DNA of 64,000 bases, from positions 911-64,910 of the forward strand of contig JANWKQ010000168.1 of the NCBI GenBank assembly GCA_025451295.1, in the 5' to 3' direction. Below are positions 19,544 to 30,622 of the stretch, piece by piece (positions within the stretch are counted from its first letter, which is position 1; each line of letters opens with the position of its first letter). The notes under the pieces were generated by a model that was not told the DNA's origin, searched no databases, and saw only the letters and a program-made list of their open reading frames with translations. Source of the DNA: Flavobacteriales bacterium. Its GTDB lineage: Bacteria; Bacteroidota; Bacteroidia; CAIKAF01. A program made the position numbers and the translations under genes.

Positions 19544-19917
19544 AATTCAGCAACGTGCTACCGGAAGTCTGGCAAAAGGAAATAATTAACATTCACACAG
19601 CGGTTGATTGGGTGGAAGAAACCAGTCGGCAACTAATTCGGGATTTCACAATGGTTGGAATAGCATTGGACTTTAAAACCTTTACAGAAGATCGCTACAG
19701 GGATCTTTTTGACCAGGCCAGATCTGTTATTATAGGGCTCTATGAAAAAGATCATCACCAGTTTTTAAATCTGTTATACAGAATTGATCTGCCTGAATCA
19801 GAACTCAGACAACTTTTGCAATCCTTTAGGCCGCCTGAACTGTATGATCGGATAACTGAATTTATCCTGAGAAGGGAGTTTTTGAAGGTTGTGATCCGCC
19901 ACCGGTATAGCCATTAG
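19522..19917 (+). CDS. hypothetical protein
   Basis: ORF of 131 aa. Its start overlaps the divergent upstream gene, so the true start may be internal (MVGIALD…). Confidence 0.35.
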   Translation: MHHKLRSKFSNVLPEVWQKEIINIHTAVDWVEETSRQLIRDFTMVGIALDFKTFTEDRYRDLFDQARSVIIGLYEKDHHQFLNLLYRIDLPESELRQLLQSFRPPELYDRITEFILRREFLKVVIRHRYSH

Positions 19918-19976
19918 AGCTGTAAATCAAGAATAACCAGACGGATTTTGCTATTTTTGATCATTATCTTTACTGC

Positions 19977-22900
19977 TTGAAGTATAACCTCACATTTGGG
20001 ATCTTATGCATAACTACCTGGTTGGGGGGCTTCTTATTGACCCAGCTCAAAAAGGATGAGAATTATTTCGACAAGCAAACCAAAAAAATTGAAACCTCAC
20101 TCCGCCAAAAAGAGGCCTATACCAATGATATCCTCCCTAAAATAGCCGACGATCTTCAAAAATACCCCAAGGACCGATCGTTCGAGATTTTCAATAAATA
20201 CCAGGATGAATTCAAAAAACATCCGGATATCCATGTATATGGATATCATAATGACTCCCTGATCTTCTGGACTTCGGGAAGTGTATTGGTTCCTTACCTC
20301 ACCTTTGATGAGGATTTTGTTCAACCGGTAGCAAAAATGAAAAACGGATGGTATCGGTTCATTAAATACCAAAAGGATAGTTTGAAAATGCTTGGTCTCA
20401 TTCTTGTGAAGAACGAATTTGCTATCAACAATAAATATCTCGATAAACACTTTAACACTGCCTTTGATGTAAAGGAATCAGCAAATTTGTTTACCGACTC
20501 TTTAAAACAAACCCACCAGGTATTCGACAATAAAAATAAATACCTTTTTTCTATTGAGTTTAAAAAGCGGGACCAGAATGTGATCATTTATGAAACCGGT
20601 GCCTCGGTATTTTATTTTCTATCAATTCTGTTTTCACTTATATTCATTTATTCACTTAAAAGTTATCCATTTTTTAAGAAACACCGGACTTTATATGTGA
20701 TCACGTTGATTTTTTCCGTTGGACTCATCCGGTTCTTATGTCTAAAATATCAATGGCCCGCCTTGCTTTACAAGCAACCTGTATTCAGCCCTGAGTTATT
20801 TGCTTCTTCACGGTGGTTGCCAAGCTTAGGTGATTTTATTCTGCATGCGGTTGGACTTACTTTCATTATTTTTGGTGTAGCATTAACCTACCAGTCAAGG
20901 CGTATCAATGCAAGCAGTCGTTCCGTAAAAAAATATTTATATCTGGTTCTCATAGCCTTTGCATCTGCATTCAGTGGGTTGGGAGTTACCTTTCTTTTCG
21001 AAAAACTGGTGCTCGACTCCAACATTTCATTCGACCTGGCGAATTTATTGGTTCTCGACTTGTATAGCTTTCTTGGGTTTTCGCTGATCACTTTTTTATT
21101 GCTCAACTTTCTGGTCATCATTTATGCCCTCTGCCGGCAACTTGTCAGAAGCCGGGTCATTAGGTTTTATGAATGTGTCGTTTTTTATACCCTGGCTTAC
21201 GGTGTTTTTGGGTTGATCATTTATCGGGATGGTATTTTAAATATTATTCCCCCCATCATTTTATATCTGCTGAACATTTCGGTTCTCAATATTAATTATA
21301 AGCGAAAACATGTTTTCAACTTTTATAATTTTGCTCCTATCATTTTTCTGTTTACCATTTTTAGTACGTATACTTTATTCACCCTCAACAAAGCCAAGGA
21401 AAGACTCCACCGCCAGAATCTTGCCTTTAAGATCTCTGATGAACAGGATTATATTACCGAATACTTATTCACCGAAACGGTAGAAGAACTCAAAAACGAC
21501 AAGATTGTTGAACAACTCCTTTTCGATGGGTCCGTAACTATTGATAATGAAATAAGGTATCCGAACGAACTATTTGACCGGATCGCCAAAAAATATTTTG
21601 GAGGTTACTATACCAAATATTCGCTTTTTATTACACCCTTCAGTATGCAGGATTATGAAAATCTTGGAAACCCGGAAAAATCGGATGAACAACTGGAGTA
21701 CTATGAAAACGTGATTGAATTTAATGGAAAAAATACATCTGCCCCCGGTTTATTTTTTATAGACAATAATTATGGAAAAGTAAATTATATTGGTAAGATC
21801 GAGTTTATTCGCCAGAATTTCGACATGTCGATTGAGAAAAAATACATCTATATCGAATTTGTATCCAAAATTGTTACCCAGGAAACCGGATTTCCTCAAC
21901 TTCTTCTTGACGATAAGATCACCAAACCGGTTGATCTAAGTGGATATTCATACTCTATCTATAAAGGCAATAAGCTCACCGTTTTTGGAGGAGAGTTTAT
22001 TTATCCGCTCAATTCACAGGAAATGAATGTGCCTGTAACGGATATTCAATACATAAGTAAGAATGGATACAATCACCTGGTTTACCGAACGCCAACCGGA
22101 AAGATCATTATTGTAAGTAAAAAGAATTCATCTCTTCAGGAGTTCTTTAGTCCGTTTGCCTATATGCTTATTTATTTTTCAGCCATTTTATTGTTTTATA
22201 TCCTTTATCGGTTTATCGTTCTCCGAGACCGGAAAAGCTTTCAGATCAATTTTAAAACGAGGATCCAGGTCTCTATACTTTTCATTTTACTTGTCTCCTT
22301 ACTCGTTGTTGGTATTGGAATCAATAATTATGTGATCACCCAATTCAATAAAAAGAACAAGTTGAATCTTCGTGAGAAGTCAAACTCTATATTACTCGAA
22401 TTTAAATCCCGTATCGAAGGAATGCCTGATGAGGAGGTAAACCCTGATTATATTAAATATGTACTTGAAAAACTTTCTACGATATTTTTTACAGATATTA
22501 ATTTCTATCATGCCAATGGAAACCTGCTGACTTCATCCCGAGAAAGTATTTATAATGAGGGATTTTTGTCGAGACAGATGAACCCAAAGGCCTTCCAGGA
22601 AATGACCATTAACAAGCAGGCATTCTATATGCAAAGCGAGAAGATTGGAAGCTTCGATTATTTAAGTGTCTATGCTGTGTTCCGAAATAATAGCAACGAG
22701 GTTAAGGGTTACATTAATCTGCCATATTTCCTCCGTCAAAAAGAATTGAAGGAAGATCTTGCATCTTCCCTGTTAAGCATGATCAATGTGTTTTCCCTGC
22801 TCATCGCCATTTCGATGATTATAACATTTATCATCGCCAGCAGATTAACAGAGCCTTTAACGGTATTACAGGAGAAGCTTGGTCAGATAAGGATTGGAAG

Positions 22901-23699
22901 AAAGAATGAGATCATCGAGTATGCCAAAAACGACGAGATCGGAAGTTTAGTAACTGAATATAACCGTATGATCATTGAGCTTGAAAAGAGTGCTGATCTG
23001 CTGGCTAAATCGGAAAGAGAAATTGCATGGCGGGAAATGGCCAAGCAGGTGGCGCATGAGGTAAAAAATCCGCTAACCCCGATGAAGTTGAGCGTTCAAT
23101 ATTTGCTGAAGGCATGGGATGATAAACAACCTGATTTTGAAGATAGGTTACGCAGATTCAAGGATGCGATGATCATGCAGATCGAAACATTGTCGAATAT
23201 TGCATCTGAATTCTCCTATTTTGCAAAAATGCCAGTGGCTATTCGTCAGGAAGCAAATGTGGCCGATCTGTTGGAAAGCTGTCTTGATTTTTACCGGAAC
23301 AATGAGGGTGACGTAAAAATTGATTTCAAAAATTATCTTTCCGGAAAAACTCCAATGGTATTACTCGATAAGGACCAGATGCTCCGGGTGTTCAATAATA
23401 TCATACGGAATGCCATCCAATCGATCCCCGGTGACCGTGAGGGCAGGATATTGATCGAACTGAAGGAAACGGAGTTAAAATATATTATTTCTGTTACCGA
23501 TAATGGTGTAGGCATCCAGGAGGATATACGGGATAAGATCTTCTCGCCTAACTTTACAACGAAGAACTCCGGGATGGGTCTCGGACTTGCTATGACCAAA
23601 ACCATTTTGGAAAATATGGATGGAAACATTTATTTTGATACCCACCAGGATGAAGGAACTACTTTTTATATTGAACTAAACAAACTAACTATTATTTGA
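19977..23699 (+). CDS. large multi-pass membrane sensor histidine kinase
   Basis: Many predicted TM segments. C-terminal HisKA H-box (AHEVKNPL) and HATPase_c (DNGVGI…GMGLGL). No adjacent response regulator. Confidence 0.8.
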   Translation: MKYNLTFGILCITTWLGGFLLTQLKKDENYFDKQTKKIETSLRQKEAYTNDILPKIADDLQKYPKDRSFEIFNKYQDEFKKHPDIHVYGYHNDSLIFWTSGSVLVPYLTFDEDFVQPVAKMKNGWYRFIKYQKDSLKMLGLILVKNEFAINNKYLDKHFNTAFDVKESANLFTDSLKQTHQVFDNKNKYLFSIEFKKRDQNVIIYETGASVFYFLSILFSLIFIYSLKSYPFFKKHRTLYVITLIFSVGLIRFLCLKYQWPALLYKQPVFSPELFASSRWLPSLGDFILHAVGLTFIIFGVALTYQSRRINASSRSVKKYLYLVLIAFASAFSGLGVTFLFEKLVLDSNISFDLANLLVLDLYSFLGFSLITFLLLNFLVIIYALCRQLVRSRVIRFYECVVFYTLAYGVFGLIIYRDGILNIIPPIILYLLNISVLNINYKRKHVFNFYNFAPIIFLFTIFSTYTLFTLNKAKERLHRQNLAFKISDEQDYITEYLFTETVEELKNDKIVEQLLFDGSVTIDNEIRYPNELFDRIAKKYFGGYYTKYSLFITPFSMQDYENLGNPEKSDEQLEYYENVIEFNGKNTSAPGLFFIDNNYGKVNYIGKIEFIRQNFDMSIEKKYIYIEFVSKIVTQETGFPQLLLDDKITKPVDLSGYSYSIYKGNKLTVFGGEFIYPLNSQEMNVPVTDIQYISKNGYNHLVYRTPTGKIIIVSKKNSSLQEFFSPFAYMLIYFSAILLFYILYRFIVLRDRKSFQINFKTRIQVSILFILLVSLLVVGIGINNYVITQFNKKNKLNLREKSNSILLEFKSRIEGMPDEEVNPDYIKYVLEKLSTIFFTDINFYHANGNLLTSSRESIYNEGFLSRQMNPKAFQEMTINKQAFYMQSEKIGSFDYLSVYAVFRNNSNEVKGYINLPYFLRQKELKEDLASSLLSMINVFSLLIAISMIITFIIASRLTEPLTVLQEKLGQIRIGRKNEIIEYAKNDEIGSLVTEYNRMIIELEKSADLLAKSEREIAWREMAKQVAHEVKNPLTPMKLSVQYLLKAWDDKQPDFEDRLRRFKDAMIMQIETLSNIASEFSYFAKMPVAIRQEANVADLLESCLDFYRNNEGDVKIDFKNYLSGKTPMVLLDKDQMLRVFNNIIRNAIQSIPGDREGRILIELKETELKYIISVTDNGVGIQEDIRDKIFSPNFTTKNSGMGLGLAMTKTILENMDGNIYFDTHQDEGTTFYIELNKLTII

Positions 23700-23703
23700 T
23701 TGT

Positions 23704-24486
23704 ATGGCTTATAAAAATTTATTGATCGACATAGAAAACGGGATCGCATTGGTGACCATTAATCGCCCTGACAAACTCAATGCCTTGAACATAGAAACCA
23801 TTGCAGAGCTGAGTGAAGCTTTGGGATCACTTGATAAGGATACTTCCGTAAATGTTTTGATCATTACAGGATCTGGTGAAAAAGCATTTGTTGCCGGAGC
23901 AGATATTTCTGAGTTTACAAATTTTAATCCGGAGCAGGGAAAGAAAATGAGTGCCGATGGTCATGTAAAATTATTTGACAAGATGGAAAAAATGACCAAG
24001 CCAGTCATTGCAGCCGTCAATGGTTTTGCATTGGGAGGTGGATTAGAACTAGCCATGTCTGCTCATATCCGGATTGCATCTGACAATGCTAAACTTGGAT
24101 TGCCAGAAGTTTCTTTGGGTGTAATTCCAGGCTATGGAGGAACACAACGTTTACCACAATTGGTTGGTAAGGGTAGAGCGGCCGAGATGATCTTTACCGC
24201 ACAAATGATATCAGCAGCTGACGCAGAAAAATATGGACTGGTGAATAGGGTGGTTGCACAAGCCGATCTTATAACGACATGCAAAGAGCTGGCCGGAAAG
24301 ATCCTGAAAAATTCTCCGACAGCAATCAGTCATGCAATTGTTTCATTGAATGCGGCCTTCACTGATGGAGTGAATGGTTTTCATATTGAGATCGAAGAAT
24401 TTGGTAAATGTTTCGATTCGGGTGATTTTAAAGAAGGGACTGCGGCATTCCTTGAAAAACGAAAACCTGATTTTAAAGGAAATTAG
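23704..24486 (+). CDS. enoyl-CoA hydratase/isomerase (crotonase family)
   Basis: Crotonase-fold motifs (AAVNGFALGGGLELAM). Confidence 0.85.
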   Translation: MAYKNLLIDIENGIALVTINRPDKLNALNIETIAELSEALGSLDKDTSVNVLIITGSGEKAFVAGADISEFTNFNPEQGKKMSADGHVKLFDKMEKMTKPVIAAVNGFALGGGLELAMSAHIRIASDNAKLGLPEVSLGVIPGYGGTQRLPQLVGKGRAAEMIFTAQMISAADAEKYGLVNRVVAQADLITTCKELAGKILKNSPTAISHAIVSLNAAFTDGVNGFHIEIEEFGKCFDSGDFKEGTAAFLEKRKPDFKGN

Positions 24487-24490
24487 ATTA

Positions 24491-24531
24491 TTGACGAATG
24501 ACGATTTACGAGTGACGATTGGCTGACGCCA
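24491..24531. repeat. heptanucleotide tandem repeat (TGACGAN-like, ~4-5 units)
   Basis: Reads tgacgaa tgacgat ttacgag tgacgat tggctga. It shares the 10-mer cgatttacga with the 4.4-kb repeat. Confidence 0.45.
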
Positions 24532-24621
24532 GAATTCGATTTGTTTGGGCGGCTTTTCCCGCTATCCGCTATATCTTTTGCTGAGCAAAAGGATGCCGCT
24601 CCTATCGCGGCCGCTGGCGTC
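24523..24621 (+). repeat. copy B (short form) of the dispersed intergenic repeat family
   Basis: Motif 1 (cgctatatcttttgctg) is directly fused to motif 2 (caaaaggatgccgct). Bounded by a perfect 8-bp inverted repeat (gacgccag…ctggcgtc). Lies between convergent genes. Confidence 0.5.
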
Positions 24622-27509
24622 TATACTTCAATATTTTCGTAAGCTTCAATGGCTATACAGGAACAAATAAGATTTCTGTCGCCGTATGCATCATCAATCC
24701 TTGATACTGGTGGCCAGAATTTATTTTCTTCAGTAAACTTTACAGGGAACGCTGCTTTTTTACGGCTATAAGGATAGTTCCAGTCATCCGAAGTAACAAC
24801 CAGCGAAGTATGTGGTGCATTTTTTAGTACATTGAGTTCAGCCGTATACTTTCCATTTTCAATTTCACTTATTTCATTCCGGATACTGATCAACGCATCG
24901 CAGAATTTATCCAATTCCTCTTTCGATTCGCTTTCAGTTGGTTCGATCATCAATGTTCCGGCAACCGGGAAAGAAACAGTCGGCGCATGAAATCCATAAT
25001 CCATCAATCTCTTGGCAATATCGATCACCTCAACACCTGCGGTCTTTTTAAAATTTCTGCAATCCACAATAAATTCGTGAGCCACCCTTCCGCTTTTTCC
25101 GCTGTAGAGGATCGGATAATGCTGACTGATCCTTTCCTTCATGTAATTAGCATTCAATATGGCCATTTTTGTACAAGCGGTTAAACCCTCTGCTCCCAGC
25201 ATTTTTATATATCCGTAAGAGATTAGCAGGATCAATGAACTTCCCCATGGTGCTGCAGATACCGCCGGAATTCCTTTTTCTCCTCCTGTTTTGATCAATA
25301 CATGGGATGGAAGAAAAGGTGCCAGGTGTGATTTTACACCAATCGGTCCCATACCAGGTCCGCCTCCCCCATGAGGGATTGCAAAAGTCTTATGTAAATT
25401 TAAGTGACAAACATCTGCACCAATTCTTGCCGGACTTGTAAGTCCAACCTGAGCGTTCATATTTGCTCCATCCATATAAACCTGTCCGCCATTTGCATGG
25501 ATGATCTCCGTTACTTCCATAATGGTTTCTTCATATACTCCATGAGTGGATGGATAAGTAACCATTAATGCGCTTAGCTGATCCTTATATTTTTCTGCTT
25601 TTTCTTTCAGATCGGTCATGTCAATATTTCCCAATTCATCACACTTCACAACTACCACATTCAATCCAGCCATTACTGCACTTGCCGGATTTGTTCCATG
25701 CGCCGAAGAAGGAATAAGTACAATATTTCTATGATGATCCCCGCGGGATTCGTGATATGCCTTGATTACCAGAAGGCCCGCAAATTCTCCCTGTGCGCCT
25801 GAATTCGGCTGAAGAGAAATGGCGTCAAACCCGGTAATTTCAGCAAGATCTTTCTCCAATATTTCAATCACTTCCTGATAACCTGCCGCCTGTTCTTTCG
25901 GAACAAAAGGATGAAGCTGATTGAATTTCGGCCAACTCAATGGGATCATTTCACTGGCGGCATTTAATTTCATGGTGCAGGAGCCTAAAGAGATCATGCT
26001 AAAGTTAAGTGCAATGTCTTTCGACTCCAGTTTCTTAATATAACGCATCAACTCCGATTCACTGTGATGACTGTTAAAGACCGGATGGGTCATAAATGTT
26101 GAAGTTCTTTTCAGATCTTTTGAGATCGACACAGTTGCTTTTTCCATGTCATCCAAACTAACAGGGGCAATATTTTTTCCTGATACCGAACCAAAACACC
26201 CGATCAAAGCATTCAGGTCTTCATCAGATGTAACCTCATCCACCGACATGGTTATTATTCCGTTTGATCCATAAAAAAGATTGCATTCATTTTTATAGGT
26301 GGCATCTTTTATTTTTTGATAAAGGCCATTGTCCATTACTTCAATAGAAATCGTATCGAAAAAATGATCCGAGGTAGTTTTAAAGCCGAGCTCATTTAAT
26401 TTTGTCCTTAACAAACTTGCTTTTTTATGAACGGACGTGGCAATGTTGGTAATTCCTTTTGGTCCATGATAAACCGCATACATTGATGCCATAATCGCCA
26501 GCAATGCCTGAGCCGTGCAAATATTGGATGTGGCTTTGTCTCTCCGGATATGTTGTTCCCTGGTTTGTAGTGACATTCTTAATGCAGGCTTTCCTTTGGA
26601 ATCCACTGAAACCCCAATAATTCTTCCGGGAATATGACGCTGATATTCTTTTTTAGTTGCAAAGAAAGCTGCATGTGGGCCTCCATAACCCATCGGAACA
26701 CCAAACCTTTGTGAATTTCCAACAACAATATCCGCTCCCCATTCGCCGGGTGCTGTAAGCAGAGCCAGACTTAAAAGATCAGTTGCAACTGTAACTACTA
26801 TATTTTTTTCTTTTGCTTTTTTTACGAGGTCAGCATAGTTTTTTACCGACCCGTCCATATCCGTATACTGCAATAAAAGGCCAAAATAAGAACCATTCAC
26901 ATCCAGTTTATCGAGAGAACTGATCACCAACTCAATCCCTAAATGACTGGCCCTTGATTTTAATACATCAATGGTTTGGATAAATACTTTATCGGAAACA
27001 AAGAATTTATTGACCCCGTTTTTTTCGGCCTCCCGGGATCTCATATGAAAGGACATTCCCATGGCTTCAGCCGCTGCGGTTCCCTCATCAAGTAAAGAGG
27101 CATTGGCGAGTTCCATTCCTGTAAGATCCATTACGACTGTCTGAAAGTTAAGGATCGCTTCCATCCTTCCCTGTGCAATCTCAGCCTGATAAGGCGTATA
27201 AGCAGTGTACCATCCTGGATTTTCAAAAATATTTCTTAAGATCGGTGAAGGCGTAATGGTTCCATAATAACCCTGACCAATAAAATTTCTGTATAAAAGA
27301 TTTTTCTGAGCAATATGCCTGATATGCTTTAGGTATTCATGCTCATGCATTCCGGCTTCAATTTTTAACCCTTTACGGTTTCGGATCTTTTCCGGAACGA
27401 TCTGATCCACCAAATGATCCACCGATTCCACCTTCAGCACATCAATCATTTCATTTATTTCACCTTCATCAGATCCAAGATGGCGTGGTATAAAATTTGA
27501 ACTTTGCAT
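24621..27509 (-). CDS. gcvP: glycine dehydrogenase (decarboxylating), glycine cleavage P protein
   Basis: 962-aa single-chain GcvP with both PLP-dependent halves. Confidence 0.95.
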   Translation of the reverse strand: MQSSNFIPRHLGSDEGEINEMIDVLKVESVDHLVDQIVPEKIRNRKGLKIEAGMHEHEYLKHIRHIAQKNLLYRNFIGQGYYGTITPSPILRNIFENPGWYTAYTPYQAEIAQGRMEAILNFQTVVMDLTGMELANASLLDEGTAAAEAMGMSFHMRSREAEKNGVNKFFVSDKVFIQTIDVLKSRASHLGIELVISSLDKLDVNGSYFGLLLQYTDMDGSVKNYADLVKKAKEKNIVVTVATDLLSLALLTAPGEWGADIVVGNSQRFGVPMGYGGPHAAFFATKKEYQRHIPGRIIGVSVDSKGKPALRMSLQTREQHIRRDKATSNICTAQALLAIMASMYAVYHGPKGITNIATSVHKKASLLRTKLNELGFKTTSDHFFDTISIEVMDNGLYQKIKDATYKNECNLFYGSNGIITMSVDEVTSDEDLNALIGCFGSVSGKNIAPVSLDDMEKATVSISKDLKRTSTFMTHPVFNSHHSESELMRYIKKLESKDIALNFSMISLGSCTMKLNAASEMIPLSWPKFNQLHPFVPKEQAAGYQEVIEILEKDLAEITGFDAISLQPNSGAQGEFAGLLVIKAYHESRGDHHRNIVLIPSSAHGTNPASAVMAGLNVVVVKCDELGNIDMTDLKEKAEKYKDQLSALMVTYPSTHGVYEETIMEVTEIIHANGGQVYMDGANMNAQVGLTSPARIGADVCHLNLHKTFAIPHGGGGPGMGPIGVKSHLAPFLPSHVLIKTGGEKGIPAVSAAPWGSSLILLISYGYIKMLGAEGLTACTKMAILNANYMKERISQHYPILYSGKSGRVAHEFIVDCRNFKKTAGVEVIDIAKRLMDYGFHAPTVSFPVAGTLMIEPTESESKEELDKFCDALISIRNEISEIENGKYTAELNVLKNAPHTSLVVTSDDWNYPYSRKKAAFPVKFTEENKFWPPVSRIDDAYGDRNLICSCIAIEAYENIEV

Positions 27510-27657
27510 AGAAATAAGAGATAAAAGTTTGTCTTCTCAAAAAGGAGAGCAAATTTACATTAATTCGTCAATTATTTTAGGATTTCCGAATGAAACCGGC
27601 AAAACCTTTGAAGGTTACGAAAAAACAGTTAGATTCGTGCTGTCTGTATTAGTAAAT

Positions 27658-28443
27658 ATGGTTAGAAAACTCATCATTATCGCCCTTGCTTTTTCTTGGG
27701 TAACCCAGGCCAAAAGTCAGGATATATTGCTTACCTTAACCGGGAAAGAAGTGCCCTGTATAATCGAAAAGGTAGATACATTTTTTGTCTTCTATACATC
27801 CCTTGGTCCGTTAAAAGCGGTCGAAAAATCATCAGTTCTTAAGATCACACCTCAAAAACTCTTGATGAAGGGTGGTTCTGAAAGAAATGTGGTCTTTGAC
27901 TTAGCCGCTTATGATGTTAACGGACCTTATCTCTATTACAGAGAAAAAGTGGATTCAAAAAGAAAAGACCGGTACAATTATTTTTCCTGCACCACTATTA
28001 GCTTCGATACCCTTTTACCTTATCAGGATACTATATTTCTTTCCAAGCGGGAAAAGGTATTGTATGCCCAGGATAGCCTGCACAAGAAATTTGAATTCAG
28101 CATCGAAGAACAAAGAGCCTATACCTATGGAAGAAGATCGGCCCGGAGAAATTTCGTCAGCCCATGGAGTACCATAGGTGGTGTAGCCACCGGTTTTTTT
28201 GGCGGCTTTGCCTTGCCTTTTTTCTATGGTGCGGGGCCTGCGGTGGTATATTGCAGCATCAACGCATCTATTAAACCTAAGATGGGTGCAACTGATCCAC
28301 AGGATGCGGACTTCGTTACCAATGACTATTTTATCGAAGGCTATCGAAGCCAGGCCCAGTTACTCAAGGTTCAGAATTCGGTGCTGGGTGCTATCCCGGC
28401 ACTGGCTGTGGGAATCGTGACCCGGCTTTTTATAGCTCAATAA
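27658..28443 (+). CDS. hypothetical secreted/membrane protein
   Basis: Signal peptide at the internal Met. C-terminal Gly-rich TM segments. The track ORF starts further upstream, at 27529. Confidence 0.45.
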   Translation: MVRKLIIIALAFSWVTQAKSQDILLTLTGKEVPCIIEKVDTFFVFYTSLGPLKAVEKSSVLKITPQKLLMKGGSERNVVFDLAAYDVNGPYLYYREKVDSKRKDRYNYFSCTTISFDTLLPYQDTIFLSKREKVLYAQDSLHKKFEFSIEEQRAYTYGRRSARRNFVSPWSTIGGVATGFFGGFALPFFYGAGPAVVYCSINASIKPKMGATDPQDADFVTNDYFIEGYRSQAQLLKVQNSVLGAIPALAVGIVTRLFIAQ

Positions 28444-28453
28444 AAATCAATCT

Positions 28454-29728
28454 ATGCATTTCGAATTTTCCGAAGAATTTGCGGTAAGCCAGGATCAATA
28501 CGATACACTTGCAGCTTACAGGAACCGGTTTCACTTTCCATTGATCCATGGGAAGAAGGCGATCTATTTTACCGGTAATTCCTTAGGACTTCAGCCTGAC
28601 AAAGCAGAGGAATATATTTTACAGGAAATGGAGGATTGGAAAAAATTTGGAGTGGAAGGACATTTCCAGGCGAAAAATCCATGGTTCAGTTATCATGAAC
28701 CTTTTGCAAAATTATTGGCACCCATTGTTGGAGCCAAGGAATCTGAAGTAGTTGCGATGGGATCGCTTACCAATAATTTACATTTGCTGATGGTATCTTT
28801 TTATCGTCCTACATCTACCCGTTATAAAATTCTGAGTGAGCAAAAAGCATTTCCTTCTGATCTGTATGCATTGGATAGTCAGGCCCGGTTTCATGGCTTC
28901 GATCCAAAGGATGCGGTGGTGGAAATTGGTCCGAGGGAGGGTGAAACGTATATCCGGAATGATGATGTGATCGCCAAAATACAGGAGCTTGGAGATAGTC
29001 TGGCGCTTGTAATGATGGGAGGAGTCAATTTTTACACTGGTCAACTTTTTGACATGGGAAAAATCACAGAGGTTGGCCATTCAAATGGTGCGGTGGTGGG
29101 TTTTGACCTGGCGCATGCAGCCGGAAATGTATCCTTACAATTAAATGCATGGAAAGTTGATTTCGCTGCATGGTGCAGTTATAAATATTTAAATAGTGGT
29201 CCGGGTAGCGTAGCTGGAATTTATGTTTATGAAAAACATCATACAGATGGATCATTGCCCCGTTTAAATGGATGGTGGGGAAATAAGGCTGATTCCAGAT
29301 TTAAAATGGAAAGATCGTTTCGTGCTTTTGAAACGGCAGAAGCATGGCAACTTTCGAATGCACCGGTTTTTTCGATGGCGATCCACCGAGCTTCACTTGA
29401 AATATTTAATGAGGCGGGCATGGATGCGTTGGTGGAGAAATCAAGAAAACTGTCAGGTTATACACATACCGTAATAGAAAAAATAAATGCGGATGCAGGT
29501 GAAGAACTCATCCAGGTGATTACACCTACGGATCAGCATGAACGTGGTTGTCAGGTTTCGATGGTGATGAAAAAAAACGGACGCATGGTTTTTGATGCCT
29601 TGTTAAAAAACGGGATCTTAACCGATTGGCGGGAACCGGATGTGATCCGGATTGCACCGGTACCACTTTATAATTCTTTTAAAGATGTATTTGATTTTTA
29701 TTCAACCCTTCGAAAAATATTATTATGA
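28454..29728 (+). CDS. kynU: kynureninase
   Basis: PLP-lysine motif WCSYKYLNSGPG. Class V aminotransferase fold. Confidence 0.85.
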   Translation: MHFEFSEEFAVSQDQYDTLAAYRNRFHFPLIHGKKAIYFTGNSLGLQPDKAEEYILQEMEDWKKFGVEGHFQAKNPWFSYHEPFAKLLAPIVGAKESEVVAMGSLTNNLHLLMVSFYRPTSTRYKILSEQKAFPSDLYALDSQARFHGFDPKDAVVEIGPREGETYIRNDDVIAKIQELGDSLALVMMGGVNFYTGQLFDMGKITEVGHSNGAVVGFDLAHAAGNVSLQLNAWKVDFAAWCSYKYLNSGPGSVAGIYVYEKHHTDGSLPRLNGWWGNKADSRFKMERSFRAFETAEAWQLSNAPVFSMAIHRASLEIFNEAGMDALVEKSRKLSGYTHTVIEKINADAGEELIQVITPTDQHERGCQVSMVMKKNGRMVFDALLKNGILTDWREPDVIRIAPVPLYNSFKDVFDFYSTLRKILL

Positions 29729-29787
29729 ACCGATCCTGACGGTTACCGTCAGGAGAGCTCACGAATACAATAAAAAATAAAAACAAT

Positions 29788-30471
29788 ATGAGTAAAAAAA
29801 TTGCAGTGATCTTATCCGGTTGCGGAGTTTTTGATGGTTCAGAAATTAACGAAGCTGTTTTTAGTTTATTAGCTATTACAGAAAATGGTGGAACTTATCA
29901 ATGTTTTGCGCCGGATGTGGAACAACATCATGTGCTGAATCACATCACGGGTGATGAAATGCCGGAGAAAAGAAATGTACTTGTTGAATCTGCGAGAATT
30001 GCACGTGGAAATGTGCAGGCTTTAAATACGTATGATCCAAAAAATTTCGATGGTCTGGTAATCCCAGGAGGATTTGGTGCTGCAAAAAATCTTACGAAAT
30101 GGGCATTTAGCGGCCCCGAAGGAGAGATCAATGCGGATGTAAAAAAAGCGATTGTGGAAACCGTTCATTCAAAAAAACCGGTAGTGGGTTTATGTATGGG
30201 TCCCACAGTGATTGCCAAAGCATTGGAAGGAAGTGGGATTGCTTCGCATCTGACGGTCGGTTCTACTTCCGAAGCTTCTCCATATGATATAGCTGCCATT
30301 AGTGGTGGAATGGAAAAAACAGGGGCAGTGGCAGAAATGAAAACGATCAACGAAATTTTGGTTGACAAAACGAATAAGATCATTACAGCACCATGTTATA
30401 TGATGGAGGCTGATATAGCACAGATCAGGAGGAATGTGAAGCAGGCTGTGGATGCTATGTTTGATTTTTGA
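29788..30471 (+). CDS. elbB: DJ-1/PfpI-family glyoxalase ElbB
   Basis: N-terminal KIAVILSGCGVFDGSE signature. DJ-1/PfpI fold. Confidence 0.8.
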   Translation: MSKKIAVILSGCGVFDGSEINEAVFSLLAITENGGTYQCFAPDVEQHHVLNHITGDEMPEKRNVLVESARIARGNVQALNTYDPKNFDGLVIPGGFGAAKNLTKWAFSGPEGEINADVKKAIVETVHSKKPVVGLCMGPTVIAKALEGSGIASHLTVGSTSEASPYDIAAISGGMEKTGAVAEMKTINEILVDKTNKIITAPCYMMEADIAQIRRNVKQAVDAMFDF

Positions 30472-30512
30472 TTTTTTATCTTAACTTTGCCCTCCCTTAA
30501 AACGGATAGTTT

Positions 30513-30585
30513 GGTGCGGTAGCTCAGTTGGTAGAGCAAAGGACTGAAAATCCTTGTGTCGCCGGTTCGATCCCGGCCCACACCA
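30513..30585 (+). tRNA. tRNA-Phe (anticodon GAA)
   Basis: Cloverleaf readable by eye: D-arm AGCTCAGTTGGTAGAGC, anticodon loop CTGAAAA, T-arm GCCGGTTCGATCCCGGC. Seven-bp acceptor stem with one C-A mismatch. CCA not encoded. Confidence 0.85.
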
Positions 30586-30591
30586 CAGATT

Positions 30592-30622
30592 TGGCCCCCT
30601 ATCGGGGGCCATTTTTTTTTGT
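30592..30622 (+). terminator. Rho-independent terminator after tRNA-Phe
   Basis: ggccccc tatc gggggcc hairpin followed by T9. Confidence 0.65.
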
